A DNA stretch of 63,925 bases, counting the filler, from Octopus bimaculoides (taxonomy: Eukaryota), in assembly GCF_001194135.2 (NCBI RefSeq). It is 8 parts of 7 records of this genome, joined end to end, with 100 filler letters (N's around TTAATTAATTAA, not from the genome) between each part and the next. Parts side by side here need not be neighbours in the genome. Positions count along the whole stretch, not along the records: positions 24,377 to 40,194 come from NC_068987.1; positions 40,295 to 51,686 come from NC_068986.1; positions 51,787 to 53,998 come from NW_026361175.1; 5 more parts are not named here. One strand, given 5' to 3'. The stretch's first letter is position 1. Each line of letters opens with the position of its first letter. Below the pieces are notes generated by a model. It did no database searches and had not been told where the DNA came from. It saw only the letters and a list, made by a program, of their open reading frames with translations. Below are positions 39,701 through 52,659 of the stretch, piece after piece. Both the position numbers and the translations under genes were made by a program.

Positions 39701-39847
39701 ATAAATCACTCATTGTTAAACGAATTTGGTTAACCATATCAGACAACCAAATATCAATAAATACAAGTAGAATTAACATCGAAGTTAATTTTTCATGTAT
39801 GACAAGTAAATCCAAATATCGCAAGAAAGATTTTCAATAACTTGGGC

Positions 39848-39885
<38 letters not shown>

Positions 39886-39904
39886 GTGTATTTCTTCTAT
39901 CTTA

Positions 39905-40194
39905 ATGAATAAAAATTCTTCTGATAGAATAAATCGGTTAATAGAAACCAATGTAGCAAAGAACACAAAATAACTGTGGTTTAGTTCCTGTTTTTAAGGC
40001 AGGAACTCCTTGAAATTTTGGGTATTTGAGTATATTTAAGAATTTAAGGATTGGCGAAAACGCATGTTATAATTGCATACTTTATTCCTACATATGTTTC
40101 AAAGGATTACAACCTCTGTGATCCATAGGGATCTTTGATATTAAAGTTGTAACCTTCTCATCAGGGAAAGCATGGGAATCATCTTAAACGTAAG
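39905..40194 (-). mobile_element. Second copy of the Penelope-like hammerhead-bearing repeat, truncated by a gap
   Basis: Colinear with 5810-6105 (GGTTAATAGA.ACCA, TAGCAAAGA.CACAAAAT, AACTCCTTG..ATTTTGGGTA.TTGAGTA, AAAACGCAT, CATATGTTTC, CAGGGAAA.GCATGGGAA). Confidence 0.75.
40085..40168 (-). ncRNA. Type I hammerhead ribozyme, canonical core
   Basis: Minus strand: TTCC, CTGATGA, stem II GAAGGTTACAAC/GTTGTAATCCTTT (one bulge, closing G-U), GAAA, ACATATGT, triplet GUA, GGAA. Confidence 0.78.
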
Positions 40195-40294
40195 NNNNNN
40201 NNNNNNNNNNNNNNNNNNNNNNNNNNNNNNNNNNNNNNTTAATTAATTAANNNNNNNNNNNNNNNNNNNNNNNNNNNNNNNNNNNNNNNNNNNN

Positions 40295-40335
<41 letters not shown>

Positions 40336-42028
40336 GTGTGTGTGCGCGCGCGCGTCTGACTGCGTGTATGTATGCGCGCATGTTAAAGATCTGCGCGACA
40401 TTTTGAAAAACTCGTTTATTTCCTCTATTGAAATCACATCATTGTATTTATGATTTCTTGTTTTTAAGAAAGCTAATTACTAGCCAGAAAGGAGAGACTA
40501 CCAAATAAATCCCTTAATTATAACCATCTGTGACTGCTAAGTGAAAAGCCAGAGGTAGACAAAAGTTTTACTTTCTACAAGAAAATATCTAAATAGTGGC
40601 TCCATTATCTCGTTAGATATACTCATCGATTTAACTAAACAGTCAACCAGCAGGACACATCAGCGGTCTCGGACTGACGTGCTCCGAAAGCTCTTGCCAA
40701 GGATCAAACACTGTGGAGGCAACTATCCCGTGTTGGTGTGCATTTTGCTGCAGGTGGAGATAGTAGGAAATGATGAAATGAGCGTAACCTACTGGTTAGG
40801 ATGTCTAACATATGACCATAAAATCGAGAGGTCAATTCCTGGGACGGGTGAGAGTGTTTCACACTACTATGTAGTTGTAATGGGTAACAATCGGGTGCTG
40901 GTGCAGCTATGTTTCCTTCTAGTTGACACATTCTGTATGTTCCGTGGGGTCCAGGATGAGGTGGGTGACAGGAGGATGTCTATGGATTGAACCCTAGAGA
41001 CACATCATCCAACGTGACCTTTTTTATTTTTAAGATAATGAAGTGGGATTAGATGGAGATTTGGGTTGCCATTTCTACCAGATTGCGTGACCACGTAAAT
41101 GGACTCTTCTTGACTCACGGGTATCAAAGGTGACAAAATGTGGTCGATGTGACAATGTGACAGATCACTTTAGTTGATGGCTAATGGCTTTGATGCTAAC
41201 GATTGCTTTATTGCTTTTGTTGTTGTTGTTGTTGTTGCTGTCATTGTTCTTGTTGTTGCTAGTGGTGGTGGTGGTGGTGGCGGTGGTGGTCTTGTGAGAG
41301 AAGAGTTGTGGTGGAAGAAGTAGCAGTAATTTTTTTTTCTTGAATGAATGATGGCGTAATGTAGAGGCGGTGGTGGCCGCGAGTTGAAGCTAAAACAATG
41401 ACGGGTGTTCGGGTGTTTAAAAAAAAAAAAGTTAAATCACAAATATCAAACCATACGAACTGAACCACCAACACCAACGCCACCAAAGCCACCACCATTC
41501 GGTGGATGCGAGTCACAAACAACAACGTCTTTGACTGAACTCACATCCGTTGCTATTCTAAAGTTTCTTTCATTATCTTCCGAAGAAAGATAAATNNNNN
41601 NNNNNNNNNNNNNNNNNNNNNNNNNNNNNNNNNNNNNNNNNNNNNNNNNNNNNNNNNNNNNNNNNNNNNNNNNNNNNNNNNNNNNNNNNNNNNNNNNNNN
41701 NNNNNNNNNNNNNNNNNNNNNNNNNNNNNNNNNNNNNNNNNNNNNNNNNNNNNNNNNNNNNNNNNNNNNNNNNNNNNNNNNNNNNNNNNNNNNNNNNNNN
41801 NNNNNNNNNNNNNNNNNNNNNNNNNNNNNNNNNNNNNNNNNNNNNNNNNNNNNNNNNNNNNNNNNNNNNNNNNNNNNNNNNNNNNNNNNNNNNNNNNNNN
41901 NNNNNNNNNNNNNNNNNNNNNNNNNNNNNNNNNNNNNNNNNNNNNNNNNNNNNNNNNNNNNNNNNNNNNNNNNNNNNNNNNNNNNNNNNNNNNNNNNNNN
42001 NNNNNNNNNNNNNNNNNNNNNNNNNNNN

Positions 42029-42102
<74 letters not shown>

Positions 42103-42464
42103 TTCCACTTATTATTATTATTCTTTTTCTTTATCATCGTCATCATCATCATCGTCATCATCATCATCGTCTTCTTCTTCTTCTTATTATTATTATTATT
42201 ACTATTATTATTATTATTATTATTATTCTTTTTCTCCTTCTTCTCCTCCTCCTCCTCCATCTCCTCCCCTACTCCTCTTATTTCTTCTTTCTTCCTTTTT
42301 TCTTTCCTTTCTCCTTTTCTTCTTTATTGTTTTTCTTCTTCTTCATCTGTTTATTGTTATCAATTATAATCATTACTGTTATTGTCATTTCTTTTTTCCT
42401 ACTTATTCATTAACTTCTTTTTCTTCATCGTTTTCATCATTATCATCATCGTCGTCGTCAATAC

Positions 42465-42512
<48 letters not shown>

Positions 42513-42551
42513 TATCGCTACCATCATCATCACCATCATCATCATCGTCAC

Positions 42552-42587
<36 letters not shown>

Positions 42588-42594
42588 TATCGCT

Positions 42595-42625
<31 letters not shown>

Positions 42626-42720
42626 CCATCATCATCACCATCATCATCATCATCACCATCATCATCATTATCATTATTACCGTCATCGTCGTCGTCGTCG
42701 TCATCACTGTTTTCTTCATC
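42029..42720. repeat. Long degenerate (CAT/ATT/CTT)n tract
   Basis: Source of the poly-Asp, poly-Met and poly-Ile ORFs. Confidence 0.95.
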
Positions 42721-44517
42721 TTCATCCACATGTCCTCTTCACAGTGAATAATATACATCTTATCAAAACACATCATCACAAACACACCGAACACTACGAC
42801 TCTCACCCTCACCATGTCTACTGTCATATTACCATGAATTGCATACTGTCCGGCATTCAAATTCAGCTGGAACGAAGAAATAGAGGAAATGACATGGGTG
42901 ATGTTGATTTGTCTCTATCTTAAGAATATTAGTTGTGTGAAAACTATACAACTAAATATTAATTTATAAGATATCCAGGTTCCTGTTGAATTTCTTCCAA
43001 CCACTTGAATTTTTTTTTTTTTTTTAAAGTTTTTTCAGAAAGTGTAGTTCTGATGAAAATTACATTCATATTTAACACGTTTGAGTGTATTCGGACGTGC
43101 TAAGACCTTTCACTTCGAATATTGTCCTGGGAGAAAATTATCCATCTAGACATGTTTGAAAACACATTTTGGGGATTGTAGATGATGTCATTGAATCGTA
43201 GGATGCAGGCGTTTCTGCGTTATTCTGCTTCGTCAGCTAAGAAGACCAAATCTGTCATTCACACCCCGAACTGAGAACGAAATAATTTTTACTAAGACAG
43301 CATGCAGAATGCTTACTGATATGCGTAAAGCTTGGTAAAACTAGAATTAAATGACACACGAAGCAGCATTAAAGAAAGCATATTCGTGTTAACACATTCG
43401 AGTGTATTCGGTAGGAGAGGTGGAATTAAAGTATCAACAAAATAATAAGGAACTTACAGACATAACAAGAGTATGAAGTTATGTTAAATATACAAGAGGT
43501 GATAAAGAATGCAGTTCATACGTAATGAGAGATGAGTGAATTTGTACGCAGAAATCTTAATACAAACGGATTTGGAAGTATTATTCTAAAAAATTTTACA
43601 AAATAAAAGCGGCTATTTATATCTGGAAAACATAGCTGCGTTAATAGTAAATAGTCTGAAATATAATTAAAAAGACCCATTATTGCTAAGATAGGTTTCT
43701 ATTTGTTAATTAACTATAAAAATAATTACACGTGGTATTTATTTGGATTAGTGATTACAAAATTTATAAGAAATATGCATATATATACTTTTTATTATTT
43801 TATACTATTCGACTGAAGAAATCTATAAAACACAATCAGTAACTTAGTACTTTGATAGAAAACAAGATATTTCTTAAGAAAACCAAAATTAGGTTTACTA
43901 TGATTTCAATGAGAAATAAGACAATTTGAATAACATAAAGCACTAAAAGTAATATGATAGACATTGTCATAACTTGAATACTGTTGAAATTTAATATACA
44001 TAAATTAACTGAAATGAAATAGATTTAATAGTGGAAAATGTTAAATGGATTTATTAGTATTTTAGGTAGATGTGTATACTGAATTAAAACTGAGACAGGG
44101 TTTAAATATAAAGACAAATTTATAAAGTTATACAAACTGTTATGGTATAAGTATAAATTATTTTATGTAGATTATTTCGTAAATATAGGAAGAGTTCGAC
44201 AACAAATATATTTGGGAAATAAATCAAAATACAACTAAAAACTCGCTCTGGTTACAAAATTAAGAAACTAAACGGGGATGATTTCATGATATTGAATTTG
44301 GAAAAATGCTTATTTATTAATTTATCTTTGTTATCTAAATTTAATGAGACCTACATAAAAAACAGCACTTATCATCAATGATTTAGAAATACGGTAAAGT
44401 TGAAAAACATAAATATAATAGAAATTCAACATTAACATTCAAGAGAATCTAAACAGATAAATCTTATAGAATTGTATCTTGTTAATTTGTATGCTTTGAA
44501 GCCTTAGACTTACCTGA

Positions 44518-44592
<75 letters not shown>
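44518..44592. repeat. (TG)n microsatellite
   Basis: Pure TG run. Confidence 0.97.
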
Positions 44593-44593
<1 letters not shown>

Positions 44594-45062
44594 CTATATA
44601 TAAATGTGTATGTTGTAAGTAAATATGTGGACATACACAGCTTCAGAAATAGTATATCTTGCAACATTATATCATCAAAATAATTGGTGTGTAATTTATG
44701 TTATTGCACAGAACAATTCGGTACCTGATGAAACAATTGTATTACCTAATCAAATAGATATACAGAAAACAGATCACGGTTAATTGCTACGAACTCCAGA
44801 TATTGGAATACTATCAAAGATAAATTACTATAGAATATAGGTTTATTTAGCTTCGAATAGCTTTGCGAAGGTGAGCTGCAATGTGTTAAATTCACTTGAT
44901 TCTTCATAATTGTGTACGTATATGTGTGGGGGATGTTACTTTAATTCTGCCTCCCCACCACCTCGTCCGCCCTTAATCATTTACAAATAAACAACATTCA
45001 TATTTACAGCATCGCTGGAAAATGGTCAATAGGCGAAACTTCGAAGTGAAGTATATATATAA

Positions 45063-45130
45063 GGTGCAGGCATGGCTGTGTGGCAAGAAACTTCATTCCC
45101 AGCCACATGACTCTGGGTTCAGTCCTACTG
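45063..45130 (+). mobile_element. SINE family B tRNA-like head only
   Basis: GGTGCAGGCATGGCTGTGTGGCAAG...GGGTTCAGTCCTACTG. Confidence 0.7.
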
Positions 45131-45164
45131 TTGAACCAGCACAGTAAAGCCTTCAATCAACCTG

Positions 45165-45670
45165 CGTACTAGATCCGACAGCCGGCTCTTCAGTGTATCT
45201 TGTCTCAGAACCGAAATAAAAGCAAGAGGGAAGATTGGTAAAACAGTTTCAATTCACACCCATCTTACATATGTTGTATGGAGGACATATGACAAGCTGA
45301 TTGTTAAGGCTAAAATAGCAGCCTGCAACGCTTATAACATGAGAACACTACTGTATGACAATGAGACATGAACTACGTATGCCAGACAGGAGAGACTGAA
45401 CATTTTCCTCTTGAGAAGTATCCGTCATGTCGTGTCTTGAGTATTTCTTAGTAAGAGAGGGTGTCCCGAGCTGGATTTTCCAGTATGAACACTCTGCACA
45501 AGTAGTAAACAGTGCTCTGGCTGGCCATACCCACCACATGGAGAATAATTGTATCTTAAATGACAACTGGCATCCGTAAGTTAGCTATTATCCACCTCCC
45601 GCTACATTACGTGGGCGTTTGCATGAGGGACATAAAAAAGTTCGATATTGATACAGAAAATCCTGGAAAA
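45165..45670 (+). mobile_element. RTE-clade LINE 3' fragment
   Basis: TRSDSRLF, TLLYDNET*TTYARQERLNIFLLRSIR, RAGFSSMNTL, VCMRDIKKFDIDTE. Confidence 0.78.
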
Positions 45671-45676
45671 TCCTGA

Positions 45677-46419
45677 ATTGCCTCGTACTTATATGTTTAA
45701 TGCTGATGAAGACTTCGCCTAGCAAATTATTTTATTTGCTAAAAAAATGTCTGAAACCATGGTCCAGGAGACAGATGGTAAATGTTTTTATTTTTCATTC
45801 CCTTCGAAGTTTATCCCTAATAGTGGTTTGGATTTTAGCTGTTATTTCTAGCGTGCAAGGAATTCTATAACCTCTTATGTGTTTAAATGTACACTGTAGT
45901 AATATGAATAATATATAGTCTATTGACTAAATTTTTTTACATGCTAGGCCACTGGTAGTAGAAATTTCTAATATTTCTTATTACCCTGATATTATTAAAT
46001 ATAGATAATTTTTTCTGGAAAATTTTCGAATGAAACGCTGGCATTATTTTTATTTGTTGCCGACAAGGAGCTGCGCTTGCGTGGTAGATTTGAAAATTTA
46101 GAATGTATAAGCACGGGGCATATGCTGGATTGCCTCGTACTTATATGTTTAATCTAGACATGCTAGATGAAGACTTCGCCTAGCAAATTATTTTATTTGC
46201 TAAAAAAATGTCTGAGACCATGGTCCAGGAGATAGATAATAAATGTTTTTTTTATTTTTCATTCCCTTCGAAGTTTATCCCTAATAGTGGTTTGGATTTT
46301 GGCTGTTCCTTCTAGCGTGCAAGGAATCCTATGACGGATACCTCTCATGTGTTTAAATGTACACTGTAGTAATATGAATAATATATAGTCTATTGACTAA
46401 ATTTTTTTACATGCTAGGC
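45677..46419. repeat. Imperfect direct duplication (45677-45949 and 46129-46419)
   Basis: About 270-290 bp, alignable with several substitutions and small indels; the second copy ends at an N gap. Confidence 0.9.
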
Positions 46420-47007
46420 NNNNNNNNNNNNNNNNNNNNNNNNNNNNNNNNNNNNNNNNNNNNNNNNNNNNNNNNNNNNNNNNNNNNNNNNNNNTGTGTG
46501 TGTGTGTGTGTACTTGTGTGCGTACGCGCGCGCAATAAAAGAAGGAAAATGCACACACTTTAGATAGTTTTAATATATTTTTAAATATATTCTATATTGT
46601 GTTTGTCGACCGGTTTGACTTTCGCTAATCATGACATTGAAATTATTGTAATTTCGTATTTTCTTAAGAAGATTTTAGACCATGTTGTGTGTGGAGAATT
46701 TTATGAACGATTCAACAAATAAAAAAAATTAATGGGAGGTAATTGGTGATCGTTATTATCTTTCAGGGAGGGGATAAATAAATATACACAAAAACTCAAA
46801 AGCTAAAGCAGTGAGTTGAAATATGTACAATGATGGGTATGTGATCATGAATTAAAATATATACTGAGATCAAAGTTGGTTATGCCGTGCTCTTGTGTAT
46901 TTTAGGTAGCCTGTAAAAAAGACTAGGCTTACATTTAAAAGTACCCCGAAGTACTTCCGGAACACAGTTTGCCTTGTCTATATGTTGAAGGGCATACAAA
47001 CAGAGAG

Positions 47008-47049
<42 letters not shown>

Positions 47050-47059
47050 NNNNNNNNNN

Positions 47060-47107
<48 letters not shown>

Positions 47108-47327
47108 GTAGAGAAACAAGAATGAAGATAACTATATGTATCATATATATACATATAGTCGTTTTTTAAGTTTGTGTTTAAAATTCCCGCGTTTTTAATC
47201 AAAACTTGTTATTATGGTGACAACAATACCTACCTATCTATCTTACACACATACTCTTTCTCTCTCTATTTCTTTTTCTCTCTCTCTCCCTTACACACAT
47301 GCACACACACATACACACACATACACA

Positions 47328-47367
<40 letters not shown>

Positions 47368-47407
47368 CTCTCTCTCTCTCCCTCTCTCTCTCCTCTCTCT
47401 CTCTCTT

Positions 47408-47476
<69 letters not shown>

Positions 47477-47541
47477 NNNNNNNNNNNNNNNNNNNNNNNN
47501 NNNNNNNNNNNNNNNNNNNNNNNNNNNNNNNNNNNNNNNNN

Positions 47542-47601
<60 letters not shown>

Positions 47602-48264
47602 TGCATATGTATGTATGCATGGATGGATATTTGTAATGTCAGCAGAATTAAACTAAATATACGTCAACGCTATATATAAGAGAGGTATAGTATATACCTA
47701 TTTATCAGGCTGATATTCTTTCCTTACATTACAAGCCTCCTATTATAACAAGCCTCCTTTAATCTATCCAATATTATAACAAGCTTTCTTTAATCTATCT
47801 TATGTTGTTTCATAACATATGAATGGAGATGAATAATTTTCATTTTGTTTGATCTGGAGAGTCTGCATTTTCATTGGTTGTAATGTTTAGCGTGTTAATC
47901 TCTACATTTTTTCCGTACGCATGTATACGCCAATATGCGTTTATTTGTGTGTTTTTATATTCGTTTGTTCCATTTGCTATGTGCATGCGCCGTATGCCAG
48001 CGTATTTATTTCAATAGTTTAATATCTTAGCATGTGTGTGTGTATGCGTAGTAATATGTCACTGCATGTCCGCTTAAATGAGAATGTATCTTCTTTGTTA
48101 TATCTCCTGGAGCATATTTATTAAAGAAAGGATGTCTCTTTACCTTTATTACTGAATAAGTACAAAGTACTATTTGAAAAGAACAGAGAATAAAGAATAG
48201 AAATGACAAGAGGATTTGTCTTCATTTAGGTTTCTGTATTTCCCCGAATTAATATTTGGGATAT

Positions 48265-48469
48265 CGAGCTGGCAGAATCGTCAGCTCGCCGGGGAAAATG
48301 CTTAGAAGCGTTTTATCCGTCTCTACGCTCTGGGTACAAATTCCGCCGAGGTCGATATTGTCTTTCACCCTTTTGGGGTCGATAAATCAAGTACCGGTTG
48401 AGCATTAGGGTTGATGTAATCGACTTGCCCTGATCTGAAAATGCTGGCCTTGTACCAACATTTAGAGCC
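48265..48469 (+). mobile_element. SINE family A with perfect 14-bp TSD
   Basis: AATATTTGGGATAT at 48251-48264 and 48470-48483. Confidence 0.9.
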
Positions 48470-48954
48470 AATATTTGGGATATAGTTAGGGTCTCTATCT
48501 AGGTACTTATTAAAGAAATTATACCAGTCTAACTTTATTGGTAAATACGTGTAAAACACTATTTGAAAATAAATGAAAAGGAATAAGAAATATATTCTGT
48601 CAGGGTATCATATCGTTCTTACTTGGATATCGTTAAGTATTTTAAATAAGCACCCATGTATGTGAGGACAAATAGTAACTTTCTTTTTTATGAAATCAGA
48701 GGAATTTTTTTTTTTTTTTTCGCAATTTTCTACCTGTGACCAAAGACTCGGAATCTATCTATCAATTTATCAACATTAGTAAAAGAAAAAATGTTCCAGC
48801 GGTGACCGTTCCTTATCTTTTTTAAATGATGCGAATCAAAATGAATAAAATTTTATACAATTTAGGCTAAAGCAGGCGCAGTTTACTTCCCAATTACATG
48901 CTAGCGTGACACGTTGGTCGAATATTTTCTACCATAGCCACGTGCCGATCAAAG

Positions 48955-49007
48955 AGTTGCGAGTGGATTTGGTAACGGAAACTGAAAGAAGCCCGTCGTA
49001 TATAAAA

Positions 49008-49041
<34 letters not shown>

Positions 49042-49150
49042 TTGTCTTGCGGGATTTGTCCCGTCTCTTTGCACTCTGAGTTCAGGATTGCCTTTTATCC
49101 TTTCAAGGTCGATATATAAAGCACCACTCCTGCACCACTCCAGTACCAGG
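48955..49150 (+). mobile_element. SINE B 3' end, (GT)n and decayed SINE A core
   Basis: GAGTGGATTTGGTAACGGAAACTGAAAGAAGCCCGTCGTATAT, then CTCTGAGTTCA...GCCTTTTATCCTTTC..GGTCGAT. Confidence 0.65.
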
Positions 49151-49179
49151 GTCGATTCCACTTCTTTCTACCTGTTTGT

Positions 49180-49480
49180 CTGCTTCTCACTTTCTGAAAG
49201 ACATCGGCTGTGGTCAAACCTGAAGAAAGAAGCGAACCGCCAAATTTCTAACTGCCCATGACACACGGTATGTCACAACGGCGTCCCTAGGACTCCATCA
49301 AGAAGTTGAAGCTTCAAAGCAATATAGGCAATTTAATACGATTAATAATAGAAAATACAGTTTAGGAAGACTCTTCCCAAATACATCAGAGCGATTCAAA
49401 ATATTACAGAACGTTACAAGAAGTTTACCATTGTACCAGATCTTAATCGAGAAAACATTAGAACCAATAAGAGAAAACTA
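49180..49480 (+). mobile_element. Possible very old CR1-group 3' remnant
   Basis: Weak peptides GVPRTPS and LPKYIRAI...TIVPD resemble CR1 C-termini. Confidence 0.3.
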
Positions 49481-50175
49481 CCAGATCTTCTGACAATGCC
49501 AGATGGATGCACAGCATGAATGAGAATGTCTTTACGATTTGCTTTTGGCCATCTCATTACAACGAATATTTCGTTATACCGAATGTTTGCAGAATCCTCT
49601 AAATTTCGTTATCACGGAATTTCCCCTTATATATGTGTGTTTGTGCGTGTGTGTGCATATGTATGTATGTATGTACACAATCAGAAAACATCTTTTTAAG
49701 TGTTGAAATGTACGTATTTGTGTGTTCGAGTGTATTCGGATTACAGATTTTAATCTATGTATTATATAGACGCGAGACATTGTGAGTTATGATGTACATA
49801 TTTGCGTGAGTATATGTGTGTATGTTTATGCATATGTGTACGATGGTGCTTCATTGTTTCTGTTGTTTTGAACTAAAAATTCTATCATTACAGCAATTCC
49901 GTATTCATTGCTACTACTACTACTACTACTGCTGCTGCTACTATTACTACTTCTACTGCTACTATAAGTATTCTCTATTAAAGAGTCAATAAGAGAGCTT
50001 GTACATGGTCGCTCAATCTACTACTACTGCTATTGTCACTACCACTGCTCCACTTCCAGCAACCTCATTTCACACTGATTTTTGCCCCGAGGCTTTGAAA
50101 ATTGATTTTTTTCTAGCACTGCATGCAAATAACTTAAAACTAGAATAATGCATAATAATATTATTTAGGTTTAGA

Positions 50176-50378
50176 GCGGCGAACTGGCGGAATCTTTAGC
50201 ACACCGGGCAAAATGCTTAAAGACATTTAGTCTGTCTATACCTTCTGAGTTCAAATTCCGCCGAGGTTGACTTTGCCTTTCATCCTTTCGGACTCGATAA
50301 GAATATGTACCAGCTGCACACTGGGGTCAACGTAATCGACTTACCCCTCCTGAAATTACTGGCCAAAATTTGAAACCA
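50176..50378 (+). mobile_element. SINE family A
   Basis: GCGGCGAACTGGCGGAATC...TTCAAATTCCGCCGAGGTTGACTTTGCCTTTCATCC. Confidence 0.88.
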
Positions 50379-51040
50379 TTATTAATAATGCTTAATGCAA
50401 CGAGCTGGCAGAATGTTATTGTGTGCAAAAAGTAGCACACAATGTCATAGAAAATAGTCACAAAATGTAATTCACATTGACAATAAAGAATTTAGATAAT
50501 AATGTAATCATACAACAATCTGTCAGGTAAAAAACATGTTCAAACAAATTAGATGACGTGTTAAATTGCTGAAGATTGATTGCTCGCTCCCTCTGTCGCA
50601 GTACTTTGGGTGTGCGATGACAGACATGTCATGGGTGCCGTTAATTAGAAGATTTAGATGGTATTGCGGTCGCTGCAGCAGATATTACTAGCTTTACATA
50701 TTAGCATGCTTTCATACACCTCATCAGAAAACTGTGGCCATTGGAAGGACGTTACAACTTCATCCGTTCTTAAAGAACAGTTAATACTAAGGAGATTCGT
50801 TTACGATTCTCAGCCGCATCAGTCGATTAATACAACTGACTGGTATTATATTTTATTAACCCATGGATGGATGAAAAGACTGATTTGGCAAAAATTTGAA
50901 CTCATAATTTAAAGGAGGCTAGAACTATATACTACAAAACATTTTAGCTGACGATCGAACGAATTTGTCAATCCATCGAGGGCGATTCTACCTTTGATAT
51001 TTCTGGTTTCGATAAAACGAAATCAAGTAGCAATTAAATA

Positions 51041-51256
51041 TTGGTTTCAAGTTTCGGCACAAGGCCAGCAATTTGGGGGAAGAGGATAAATCGATTTCAT
51101 CGACCTCAGTGTTCAACTGGACCTTATTTTATCGATACTGAAGAGATGAAAGGCAAAGTTGACCACGGCAGAATATGAACTCAGAACGTAAAGATGGACG
51201 ATACGCCGCAAAGCATTTTTTTCCCGACGTGCTAACGATGCTGGCAGCGTGCCGCC
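51041..51256 (-). mobile_element. SINE family A
   Basis: Reverse-complement match along its length. Confidence 0.85.
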
Positions 51257-52331
51257 CTACTTCCAATCAAATATTACGATTCGTGATCATGTATTGATCT
51301 CGAGCTTCTGTTTTAAAAAATAGTCAACATTAAACATTAATCGAATGTATTTTTCTTAAGTTTTAATGTGAATTTCTAAACCATCGTCCCCACCCCAGTC
51401 TAGAGCGAATGTATGAATGCAACAAAATAATTCCGTAACCAAATTTTCATCATAATCGATAAAAAAAAAAAAGAAGAATTTCAACGAGGCATGGGACGGC
51501 CTCCATATTGTCACTTGGTATGCTGGAAATAGCAACCTAAAATCTTCATCAAATCGAATTCCGCTGTTTTGAAAAAACAGAAATGGAATCGAAACACAGA
51601 CAGTGTACCCCCAAAATACGCACAAAGAAAAAGTCAGGATGGCTACGGTTGGAATGCTTTTGATAATAAGTCTGAACGATTAGAATNNNNNNNNNNNNNN
51701 NNNNNNNNNNNNNNNNNNNNNNNNNNNNNNTTAATTAATTAANNNNNNNNNNNNNNNNNNNNNNNNNNNNNNNNNNNNNNNNNNNNATTGATAATTCATT
51801 TTACATTCTGCAAACAATATCTGGTATGCAACTCATTACGCTGGGCAGGGTAGATATGCGGACGCACACAGAGACACGCACACACACGCACGCACACACA
51901 AACACGCACTCACACACACTAAGTTTGACAATGTACTGTGAGTTTCACCCTCAGCTGAGCTCTTCAAGATAGTCTTGAATAGCCCAGTGATAGGTGAACG
52001 GCAGAGTACACTCCGAACTGTGACATCATATAAACATACATACGCATGTCCGTTTGTGTGTTCATATATATGCGTGTTCGTATGTGTCTGTGAGTTTATA
52101 TATATGCATATATATGTATGTGCGTGTGTGTGTGTGTGTGTGTGTGTGGTGTTTGTATTCTGTGTATACATCAGCAACTATAATCACTATTTAATAATAC
52201 ATAGTACTGTATATGTTATTTCCTTCGTTGGTTGTTTACTAGCTTAAATATATATACAGGCATCCACCCCTACGTATATAAAAACACACAGGCACACATA
52301 TACACACCATCACAGCGCGCACACAGGCAAA

Positions 52332-52363
<32 letters not shown>

Positions 52364-52621
52364 TTCTCTCTCTCTCCCTTTCTCTCTCACACACACATGG
52401 ACAAACTATTCTGCTAGTTTCAACCGTCCGTCTGTGGGTATGCTGGGGGTACATAAATAAATAAATCAAATGAGATTAAAAACTAAAAAATGTTCCACAA
52501 AATTGGTAAAATAAATCTACAATGATTGTAATCATAAAATCATGAATAATGTAACAATAAATAAATAAATAAATATATATATATATGTATGTATATATAT
52601 GTGTGTGTGTATATAATATAA

Positions 52622-52659
<38 letters not shown>

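Noticed and set aside
42382-42860. Poly-Asp, poly-Met and poly-Ile ORFs (also poly-His at 61539-61826)
   Set aside because: Open in several frames only because (CAT)n lacks stop codons.
50700-50735. CTGATGAG...GAAAGCATGCTA hammerhead-like text on the minus strand
   Set aside because: No stem II and no stem I complementarity.
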